DNA from: Azolla caroliniana
Lineage: Eukaryota > Plantae > Polypodiophyta
Direction of reading: 5' to 3'
Assembly (NCBI GenBank): GCA_043228905.1
Contig: JBHGNT010000005.1
Span: 23,808,001 to 23,872,000 of the forward strand
Length of the DNA: 64,000 nucleotides
How positions within the stretch are numbered: the stretch's first letter is position 1; each line of letters begins with the position of its first letter. This document shows, piece after piece, positions 49,528 through 58,379 of this stretch. A model generated the notes under the pieces. That model ran no database searches, had not been told where the DNA came from, and saw only the letters and a list, made by a program, of their open reading frames with translations. Made by a program: the position numbers and the translations under genes.

Positions 49528-52500
49528 CTACACTACGACACTCGCCCCCTCCAAACCCGCACATCCTCCGGTATGTGCCGAAGTTCTTGATTCTTCGTAT
49601 CCGTCTTCATCCGAAGCTTCCTCCGATTCTCCCCTTATGTCGACTATGAGTTGTAATCCACTTTCTTCGCTTCCCGCATCATTGTTGTCTTCGTCCGATT
49701 GCTCCTCGTTGTCGGCCTCGACTTGGATCACATAAGGTTTGTCGTCGGTCCGCTTCTTGAAAATCTTCACCCGCTTCCCGGCTATAGGCACTCGTAGTAT
49801 TGTTCCATCCAACTCGGACAGTCGGTACGTCCCGTTGTCGAAGACCTTCCGAACCTCGTACGGCCCGAACCACCTTTTCGTGAATTTCCGCATCGTTGTA
49901 TGTTGATGGTCCAAGCTACTATCATAGACGATCACCCAATCTCCTTCTTCAATCCTCCTCGGTCGTAGTCGGTGCTTTGTGTCGAACCGGCTTTTGTTCC
50001 GGAACCGTGCTTCTTGTTGTCGGCGTGACGCTTCCGCTACATCTTTCGGTCTTCCCTCCAGTTGTCGTATCCGGACCGCTAGTAGTTCTTCCCGGCTCAT
50101 CTCTTCCTTCCACGGTAGTATTGTCCATGTCGCGATTGCGGTTTCCGTTGGCATTACCGGTGCTTGTCCGGTCATGAGTTCTGCCGGCATGTAACTGGTC
50201 ACGGAGCTATGCGTCGTCCGATCCGCCCATAGTGCATACGGAAGCATTTGTGGCCAATCCTTCACCCTTCCGTCGCATGCCTTCGCAAGTGCTTTCACGA
50301 TCGGACTATGTCCTCGTTCGATCTTCCCGTTGGCCTCCGGATTGTAGGCCGTTGTCAACGTTAACCGAACTCCATGTTTGGCGAAGAATCCCCTAGCTTT
50401 TTCCGAGTCGAGTTCTCCCCGGTCCGCAATCACTTGTCCTACGCAGCCGTACCTACAAAACACTTCTTCCAAAAGAAATTGGCACACCGCGGCACACGTT
50501 TTCCTCCGAAGCGCTCGACCTTCAACTTGGTTTGTGAGATCTTCTCGAGCTAACACCAAGTATTTCTTTTGTCCAATCCCGGTCGGCATAGCTACAATGT
50601 CGACCATCCATTTGAAGTTGATTGTCGGTGAGAATGTCGGATGCAGCTCATCTCGGTGTCGGACCCCGGAGTAGACTTGACATTTCTCGCAGCTTTCTGT
50701 GAACTCCGCGACATCTTTATACATGTTCTTCCACCAATATCTTTGCTTGATTTTCACAAAAGTTGCCCATGTTCCTCGATGTCCAGCCCAATCGGATTCG
50801 TGGAACTCGGACATTATCCGGTTTCGTTGCTCTTTCGTCCCGACTACTCGAAGTGGTATCCCATCCGGTCTTTTCGGCGTCCTCCATATTAACCCGTTTT
50901 CCAAGAAGAACTTTTGGACTTGCCTCTTCTTCCTTCGGATCTCGGCTCTCCTTTCTTTATCATTGGTTGAATCCTCGACCTCTTGTAGCATCTTCCCGAT
51001 CATCAAGGTTTCCCCCTCGTATTCTTCTTCCCGGAATTCTCGGATCACGTTCACTCGGCATATGTGTTCTGACGTGAAGTAGTCTTCGGAAACTTCTTCA
51101 TTATCTGATTCGGTTATGTCGTCTTCAAACCGCGCCCTCGATAACATGTCCGCTACCGCGTTGTCCTTCCCCGAGATGTGTCGAACCTCCGGATTAAGTG
51201 ACTTGGCATATGCAATCCACCTTAGCATAGCCACATCCGGTATCGTACAACACCGCATCATCCCGAGTATCGGAAGACAATCCGTTTCGATCACCACTTC
51301 AGCTCCGATCAAATAATCCCGATCCGATTTTATCGCCGACACGACTCCCCACAATTCTCTTTTGACTTGTGCATATCCGCGTTGCCTTTCGTTGAGGACC
51401 TTTGCTCCAAATCGGATCGGATACCGCGAACCATCCGAGTCGGCTTGATTGATGACCCACCCGATACCGATTGGACTTGTATCAACCGTTACTATGATTG
51501 GCCGCTCGTAGCTTGGCTTCTTAAGTGATTCCGCCCTCCATAGTGTCCTCTTGAGCTTCCTCATGGCTTTAGTGTGTTCCGGTTTCCACTCGAATTTCTT
51601 ACCTTTCCGCAACAAGTGATAGAGCGGGTCCGCTATATGTGCATAGTGCGGAATCCATATGTGATAGAATGCACACGCACCCAGAAACCTTCGGACTTCC
51701 GATGTTGACTCACATACTTCCTTCATAGCTTGAATCGCATCGATCTTTGTTGGTGACGGTCTTCGGCCGTAGGGTCCACATAGATGTCCGACCACCAATA
51801 TTTCTTCTTGCCCGAATGCCGATTTCTCCCCGGAAAGTGTTAGGTGCACATCTTCTAGTTTTCGCAACACTTTCTCGCAATCATGAATATGGTCGACCAC
51901 GAACTTTCGGCATCCCCGATCATCCATAGTCTCATCTTTTTCTTCCACCGCGCATCCTTTCATCGGAATGTCATCTAGAAACGGCATCGTTATCTCCGGG
52001 ATGCAATCTCGAAGCACCTTGTTCATCGCGTTCATCATATGTGCAACCGAGTTTGTCGCTCCTTGTGGTAGTGTGCACATTCGAACTAGTCCTATCGGTG
52101 TCCGCATGGTAGTGATGTCTCGGCTCTCCACGGCTAGTTGGAATTGATCATACCCCGAGTATAGGTCCCCGATGGAGTATATCGCACGTCCGGCAAAAGC
52201 TTCCGCGAATTCGTCCACTATCGGACCGACTCCCGAGTTCCGGATCGTGACCTTGTTCACCGGTTGCAAGTCTTGGATGAATCGGAGTGACCCATTCTTC
52301 TTCGGAACCGTAAACCATCGATTTGAGTACGGAGCACTTGATGGCTCTAGAATCCCCATCGCCACCTTCTCCTTGAGCAAGTCGATGACTTTCGGAATAT
52401 GCGCCCGTGGCACCGGAATCGGCTTCAGGTTCCACGGTACATGGTCAATCGTAAAGATCACCATCGGCTCCACTATTTTCGGATCGACGCACCCTATCTC

Positions 52501-53139
52501 CCTTGATGTAAATGCAAACGCTTTGCCGTGTTGCTCCAACATCTCGCGAAACCGTTCTTCTTCTTTCTGTAATAGGAACCCACCTCCACCGATCCGAAGT
52601 TTCTTCCGGGTCTCATCCGTGAAGGCATGTCCGATATCCACGGATTTCCGAAGTGTCGGATCTCCCGAGACTTGTTTCTTCTTTTGTTCGCTATCGGCGG
52701 GTAGTGGTCCCGCGGCCGGTTTCACCTTCTTCTCCACGGTCTTGTATTTCGTACTTACCATTGCTTCTTCTTTGCGGAGCGCATCCGGCCCCATTTTCGC
52801 AACGATCTCGTACATCTCGACCGATTCCACCGGGACTACCCGGTTCCCTTGGCTTTTATCTTCCGCAAGCTCTTCAAGCCGTTGTAGTGTATTCCCATAG
52901 AACACTTCCTCGATCACTCCCACGATTTCTTCGTCTTCTTTTATTATTGATGCCGACCGTAACTTATCCTCCACTTGTCGGTATTGTTTCTTCATTCCTC
53001 CGGTTACGGCCGTGTACGTAGATGCCCCATCCGGGCCGATTCGTACTTGTTTTGCTCCGAGAGTTTTCTTCCTGTGTGGGGTATCAGGGCTTCTCGGACT
53101 ATCACTTCCCCACTCCGCAACAGTCCGCTTTAAAAATCC
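49528..53139 (-). CDS. pol: RT-RNase H-integrase, probably entered by -1 frameshift (ORF track ATG at 52995)
   Basis: DLYSGYDQ, LPQGATNS, FLDD, VDTSPIGIG, HHCC zinc finger, VDIV/ADRG/NGKIER. The -1 frame is open from the gag stop to the pol ATG; the stop codon lies inside the 3' LTR. Confidence 0.95.
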   Translation of the reverse strand, partial: GFLKRTVAEWGSDSPRSPDTPHRKKTLGAKQVRIGPDGASTYTAVTGGMKKQYRQVEDKLRSASIIKEDEEIVGVIEEVFYGNTLQRLEELAEDKSQGNRVVPVESVEMYEIVAKMGPDALRKEEAMVSTKYKTVEKKVKPAAGPLPADSEQKKKQVSGDPTLRKSVDIGHAFTDETRKKLRIGGGGFLLQKEEERFREMLEQHGKAFAFTSREIGCVDPKIVEPMVIFTIDHVPWNLKPIPVPRAHIPKVIDLLKEKVAMGILEPSSAPYSNRWFTVPKKNGSLRFIQDLQPVNKVTIRNSGVGPIVDEFAEAFAGRAIYSIGDLYSGYDQFQLAVESRDITTMRTPIGLVRMCTLPQGATNSVAHMMNAMNKVLRDCIPEITMPFLDDIPMKGCAVEEKDETMDDRGCRKFVVDHIHDCEKVLRKLEDVHLTLSGEKSAFGQEEILVVGHLCGPYGRRPSPTKIDAIQAMKEVCESTSEVRRFLGACAFYHIWIPHYAHIADPLYHLLRKGKKFEWKPEHTKAMRKLKRTLWRAESLKKPSYERPIIVTVDTSPIGIGWVINQADSDGSRYPIRFGAKVLNERQRGYAQVKRELWGVVSAIKSDRDYLIGAEVVIETDCLPILGMMRCCTIPDVAMLRWIAYAKSLNPEVRHISGKDNAVADMLSRARFEDDITESDNEEVSEDYFTSEHICRVNVIREFREEEYEGETLMIGKMLQEVEDSTNDKERRAEIRRKKRQVQKFFLENGLIWRTPKRPDGIPLRVVGTKEQRNRIMSEFHESDWAGHRGTWATFVKIKQRYWWKNMYKDVAEFTESCEKCQVYSGVRHRDELHPTFSPTINFKWMVDIVAMPTGIGQKKYLVLAREDLTNQVEGRALRRKTCAAVCQFLLEEVFCRYGCVGQVIADRGELDSEKARGFFAKHGVRLTLTTAYNPEANGKIERGHSPIVKALAKACDGRVKDWPQMLPYALWADRTTHSSVTSYMPAELMTGQAPVMPTETAIATWTILPWKEEMSREELLAVRIRQLEGRPKDVAEASRRQQEARFRNKSRFDTKHRLRPRRIEEGDWVIVYDSSLDHQHTTMRKFTKRWFGPYEVRKVFDNGTYRLSELDGTILRVPIAGKRVKIFKKRTDDKPYVIQVEADNEEQSDEDNNDAGSEESGLQLIVDIRGESEEASDEDGYEESRTSAHTGGCAGLEGASVVV

Positions 53140-55190
53140 ATTCTCACTTGGGACAAGAGTTCCCTCTTGTTCCTTTCGTGATTTGCCGGCACCGTTAGGA
53201 ATTGGACGGATCTCCCTCCGTTTTGGCTCCGAATTCGCGCAAAAGCCGCACCACTATCGAGCACCTTCGTCTCCATCCGTGAAGCCGTGATAAAGGGTTG
53301 GCCGAGGATGACAGAATGTGAAACCTCATCCTGCACAAAGAAATTTTGGTCAATTTCGACATCCCCGATCTTTACCGTCACATCCGGACAAGCCGCAAAT
53401 AGGTCTTCTGTCGTTTTCGTGGCTGCCCGAATCTTCCATCCATGGTTGGTGTTTATAGGCCACTTCCCCTTTCGGTAGAACTCCTTGGACATCAAGTTGA
53501 TCTCCGATCCGTGATCAATCAATGCTAGCACAGGTTCTTTGATGTTGCCGATTCGGACCGGAGTCTCCGTAGTTGCACGTGCCCAGTGTGGCCTTGTATA
53601 GTGGGAGTTCGGAATTTCGCCTTCCACTTCGGTGTCGTTCATTGAAACGGTATTTGCATTGACCCTTGGAGCATTTTCCTCCGTACTTTGTCTCTTCCTT
53701 TTCACGAGATCCACGAGAAGATCATGAAACTCCTTCTTCGCTATTCCGAGTAGTTCCCGCAGCGGAAAATCTACCCGGCTATCCAAGATTCTTTCCTCGA
53801 ACACTCTTTTCAAGTCGGTTTGTTGTTCTATGTCCGAGGCGAGCTTGAATGCCGGAGTCGCCTTTTCTTTTCCCTTACCTCCGGAGTTCCAGCTTTCCGG
53901 TATCTTCGATGGTCCGGCCGCATCCTCCGTGCGCCGTCGTTTCTCGTCCACATACACCTCATGTAATTGACACAGGGCGTATATGCTATTCTTATCGACA
54001 GGGCATTCCCATCCCGTAGCTTCCCGGACGCCTTCCGCGGTGTTTCGGATATCGTTGGAGTCGGTTTTCTCGGTGTTTCTTAGCACCTCCGGCCAGAAAG
54101 ACGCCTTCGCTCCCGTTGACTCCCCGACACATATTCCCGCGGTTGTCGCATAGTTGCTTCTTGCCGCTAACTCCTCCTCGAGCACCTTCTTCATGCCGCC
54201 TTTCCGGAAGTTCGGTCGGAGTGGCTTCCGAGAGTCCATCGAATGAATCCGGTTTCCCTCGTAGTAGATGAGATCCCGTCGTAGCGCCTCCTTATGGTCG
54301 TCGCAATCCCTCCAATCGTGTTCGGCGCTATCGCACCATATGCACCGTCGATCCGTATATTTGGAGCTTGTGGGGCGGTCATCCGACTTCTTCACGACCG
54401 CGATCTTTAGATTCTCCATCTCCTTCAGCAGCTGCTCCACCGTAGACGCGTCGACTCCCTTCTCGGCCGTAATCTCCCGAGCCCTCGGTTGATGGTCTTC
54501 CAGTCCCGTTCTCGGTTTCGGAATCGGTTCCGAAACCCTCTTTTCTTCGTTGGCAAGCCATTGCCCCCTCTTCGTGTACCGCGCGACGATATCCCGCACG
54601 CTTTCCCATGTTTCGGTGAGGCCGCTTTCGGTGGTCGTGTCCTCAAGAAGCACTCCGAGATCTTTCCGGTCCCGGACGTCCACAGCTCGCAAAAACATGA
54701 TGACTTTGTCCGGCGCAAGAATAGTTTGATCTCTCGCGGACAGCCTCCCGAACCGACTTTCGAATGTCGAAAACACTTCGAGGACCTTCAACCCCTTACC
54801 TGACGTTTCCACCCAATCCTCGAATCCCCTCCGCGTTGCCTTGGAGGAGTCCTCGATGGCAAACGTGGTCTTTAACGCCTCTTCGAATGCTTCCCACGTC
54901 GGATTTTGTTGTTGCAACCCGTGGATACTCCCTTGAAGCCCGTCGGTCGCCACCCGGTTAAAGGATGTCACCTGCAGTCCTTCCGAAGCCCGGCACCGGA
55001 GCATCTCCGCCTTGTAGTCCTGCAAATATCGCGACACATCCTTACCATTAAATTGCCCGTTGCGTTGCACGAGCCGCTCTACTGATGCCGAAATCTCCGA
55101 CATCGTGCGTTGTTCTTGAAGCATCCGTTCGAACATCGCCATCATATTGTTAGCTTGTTGAGCCTCCATCTCCTTGCCACCCGTCTTCAC
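53130..55190 (-). CDS. gag: Gag-protease polyprotein (first ATG at 55169)
   Basis: 686-aa ORF. Zinc knuckle CIWCDSAEHDWRDC; aspartic protease LIDHGSEINLM and VILGQPF. Confidence 0.93.
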   Translation of the reverse strand: MKTGGKEMEAQQANNMMAMFERMLQEQRTMSEISASVERLVQRNGQFNGKDVSRYLQDYKAEMLRCRASEGLQVTSFNRVATDGLQGSIHGLQQQNPTWEAFEEALKTTFAIEDSSKATRRGFEDWVETSGKGLKVLEVFSTFESRFGRLSARDQTILAPDKVIMFLRAVDVRDRKDLGVLLEDTTTESGLTETWESVRDIVARYTKRGQWLANEEKRVSEPIPKPRTGLEDHQPRAREITAEKGVDASTVEQLLKEMENLKIAVVKKSDDRPTSSKYTDRRCIWCDSAEHDWRDCDDHKEALRRDLIYYEGNRIHSMDSRKPLRPNFRKGGMKKVLEEELAARSNYATTAGICVGESTGAKASFWPEVLRNTEKTDSNDIRNTAEGVREATGWECPVDKNSIYALCQLHEVYVDEKRRRTEDAAGPSKIPESWNSGGKGKEKATPAFKLASDIEQQTDLKRVFEERILDSRVDFPLRELLGIAKKEFHDLLVDLVKRKRQSTEENAPRVNANTVSMNDTEVEGEIPNSHYTRPHWARATTETPVRIGNIKEPVLALIDHGSEINLMSKEFYRKGKWPINTNHGWKIRAATKTTEDLFAACPDVTVKIGDVEIDQNFFVQDEVSHSVILGQPFITASRMETKVLDSGAAFARIRSQNGGRSVQFLTVPANHERNKRELLSQVRMDF

Positions 55191-55203
55191 GTCGGGTTCA
55201 CCA
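55186..55203 (-). promoter_or_regulatory. Primer binding site, tRNA-Trp(CCA)
   Basis: Complementary to the plant cytosolic tRNA-Trp 3' end TTCACGTCGGGTTCA-CCA (recalled consensus). Confidence 0.85.
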
Positions 55204-57486
55204 ACTTGTGTCGTGCCTTTCGGCTCCGGATCGTTGCGTGAGTCGGGTGGGAACCACAGAGGTCTTGGACTAGGAGAAAGAAGTTCGTGAGATAGAGATT
55301 AATTATGAGTAAATAGCAAAGAGAAAGATAAGAAACTCGTGAATCACACGAGTATACTATATTAATTGGTACTTAGGATGTTAAGAGAGAAGTAGATGTA
55401 TAAATCGTGAATCCCACGAATAATTTTTGTATTGATTAATACTTAATCCAAATAATCAACAACTCTTTACATATTTCTCTCCTCCTTATATAAGGAAAGA
55501 AGAGCTAAGCATGGCTTCATGCTTTTTTTTTACAAAAAGTGTTCATGTCCACTAAATGTGCATGTGATGTTTTTTTCCTAAGTATAGGGCTCATGCACGC
55601 TAGATGTGCATGAGTTATTTTTAGTGTCTCGTGTTTTTCTTTTTCATATATTAAAAAAATACACGATTTACCTTTTAATAAAGGTATGCATAAATAAAGG
55701 TCTTATACGTATTAAATCTATATTTAAAACACTTAAGATAAGTTAATGTAATGGTAAGGTTGGGGTTTGTCAACGTGGAGGTGCAGAGTTCGAATCACGC
55801 CCTGCGCAGTAGTGAATATTTCCTTTCTTTTTACATTTATGTCTCTTTCTTTTTACATTTGCCGGTATGCCGTTTTCTTCCTTGCCGGTATGCCGTTTTC
55901 CTCCTTGCCGGTATGCCGTTTTCTTCCGGTTCTCACCGAGCACTCCATTCTCTATCCGGAGGGACAAAAATATAATTTCCACATAGTGTGCAACCTACAC
56001 TACGACAACGCTATGTGTCCATGTTGTGTACTGTGGGAGCGGCTCTGTTCAATATATTGTATTCGCACTGCTCGACTGTGTGAGCCTTCGAGTGACAGAT
56101 TGGGCAGTGGATTCGCATGTTGCACTCCAGTGCAAAATGCCCCGAATTCAAGCAAATTGTGCACTGGATTGCTTGACGAAAATGTTGTTCCTCGTCCTGA
56201 GGTAACGCTTGTCGTAATGAGGACATAGAAAACCTTTCCTCTACGTTGTCCAGCTCGAGTTGTAACGCTCTATCGATGACCATATCGGTTGTTTCCCCTT
56301 TCACGCTATTGTTGTTGAGCGTTGTCCGTATGGGTCGGCGTAATGCCGCCAGAAATGTCTCCCGTGCCTCGTCCTTCGCGAGGCCCCGTTCTAGTTTCCC
56401 CCGTAAATTTTGGAAACGTAAGCTGAAATCCATGATCGTCTCGGTCGGCAGCTGCTTAATTGTGTAGAAATGTCCGAGGATTTCGCGTTGTGAAACCCTC
56501 CGATGGAAGAACCGCAAAAAGGTGGACTGCAGTTGGTCGAAGGTCGTGATTGCTGGCAGATCCATCTGTGAATGCCAGAACGTCGCCCGCGCATCCAATG
56601 TTAACCCGAACTCCGTCATTTTGGACTGGTGCGCTACCGCCTCAGAAAGGCTCTGTGCCATGTGGTTTGCATTCCAGACATTGAGGAACAGACAAATGTG
56701 GGTTGCGGTGTCGGTTTCGCTGTTAAAGCGGGGATAGGCAAAGGCCATGCTGGGGGCTATGGCGGGCAGGGAAAGAGCACAGTGTTGTTGTGGTGAGCAT
56801 GCTTCCCGCGTATTGTCGAGGTATTTGGAGAGCGGGAAATCACCTTTGTGGTCCCGACAGGTAGTGTTGAGGTCGTTGAGGCGAGGCTTCTACCGTGCGC
56901 GTTCCTCTGCCTGGCGTGTGATGGACCTTGTGATCGGCCGGTCTGGTCGTGTTGGTTTTCTGGAGTGTCTGCAGCTAAACATCCATTCGTCGTTGTTCTT
57001 CTATGAGAAGACACAGATCACCAAGCGTGCCAAAAGTGTTACCAACTAGAAACACGGTCTACGGTCAGTCCTTTGACCTAGACTTCCAAGTGACTGTGTG
57101 ACAACGAATGGTAGCGTCTGTGCGTAATACTTGGTGGGATATTCCCCATAACCTAGCGACGTATAAGGGAGACGGTTACAACCAAGCTCCTTTGACAGTG
57201 GGCTAGGGCACACACCGTTACTTACTCCTACGCTCTTAGGTGTTACAAACACATAGTAGATTAGCTGTAGTTACACACAGATATCAGAGAAGATAGAACT
57301 CTATTACGATACGCCTCTTACATTCCAAAATTACACGCTACCTCTATTAGAGGCTTTTTGCCCTTTATATACGCAAGGTCTTTTAGCCGTTCATGCTTCC
57401 CGCGTGAACCGTTACATGCGTTACAATATTATACTATTCCGTATTCCTGCGCTCTTGTCCATCGATTACAATTCCGGAGGACAACA

Positions 57487-58379
57487 AATACATAGATTGA
57501 TTCATCCATTGATTGATCCCCCCCCCCATTACACAAGCCTTACGAGGGTTTTTATAGGTTTATCTATCCTTCTAACATGCACAAAACCATGGGCTTGAAC
57601 CCATGGTTTTCGGGCACAAGTTTTCCTTGTGGCATGCACAAAAGCATAGGCTAAAACCATGGTTTTGTGTACAAGGTTTTGTATGTTTTTTTCCTATGGA
57701 ATACTAAATATGAGAAGGAAATATACAAAATCTAACGCAATTAGTAGTAGCTTTAGTGGTAAGATAATTTCTTCCTATCTTAGAAGTGCAAGGTTCAAAT
57801 CTTACTTGCACCCTTTTATATGCACTTGAATGTCATTAGACCCTAGGCTAATTTTCATATTTATAATCATGTGTGTGGAGCCACACTATTTCACAATTTC
57901 TCCCATTGGACACAGAACATCACGACATCCACCCCCACCAAACCGCACATCCTCCGGCATGTGCGAAGAAGAAAAGAGTGATGTGGTAGAGTCAAAAGGT
58001 GGTTTGTCTTTGATTTCCTCCTTCCTTATGCGTCGTCCTTTGTCCTCCATTTTGAGTACATGCATTCCTTCCACCCGATCAACCATATCATTCAATCACC
58101 TTTCGCATTTCCATGACCACTTGTCGTAGCCCCTTTTGCTCCTCCTGAGCATAACTCTTCACGCATCGTACATGTGCCGCCTTCATCTCGACCATCTCCT
58201 TGGTCATCAAACTTCCTTGGATCGTCTTTTCTCAAGGTTTAAATTTTGCTTGCACCCTTCTATATGCACTTGAATGTCATCAGACCCTAGGCTAATTTTC
58301 ATATTTATAATCATGTGTATAATGTGTGTGGAGCCACACTATTTCACAATTTCTCCCATTGGACACAGAACATCACGAC
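57487..58379 (-). mobile_element. Degenerate LTR, PPT and short internal remnant related to the tRNA-Trp family, with a partial duplication (57790-57927 repeated at 58235-58379)
   Basis: CACGACA-TCCACCCCCACCAAACCGCACATCCTCCGG matches the LTR/PPT junctions at 22785 and 49534. The LTR probably continues left of 40568 (to ~40000). Confidence 0.65.

Larger units (their letters stand above)
48742..56007 (-). mobile_element. Intact, very young Ty3/Gypsy element (7266 bp; 799-bp LTRs at 55209-56007 and 48742-49540; tRNA-Trp PBS; 4-bp TSD)
   Basis: Only one LTR difference noticed by eye. TSD ACGC. PBS TGGTGAACCCGACGTGAA (55186-55203). PPT GGAGGGGGCGAG (49541-49552). Two uninterrupted ORFs. Confidence 0.97.
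40568..57486 (-). mobile_element. Degenerate autonomous-type non-chromovirus Gypsy (450-bp LTRs at 57037-57486 and 40568-41885 minus insert): gag, PR, RT, RH, INT and a large extra 3' ORF
   Basis: TSD AATAT/AATAC. TATATAAAG on the minus strand of the LTR. PBS TGGCACGCTTGGTG at 57019-57032. Gag with two CCHC knuckles (56011..56748); PR VIDGG; RT LDGFSGYNQ and FLDD; RH VDAS; INT WGLDFVGP and QANGLAE. Confidence 0.93.

Noticed and set aside
49679-54961. Numerous plus-strand ORFs of 60-240 aa opposite gag/pol (also 42054-48806)
   Set aside because: Shadow ORFs of GC-rich coding sequence with no recognisable motifs.
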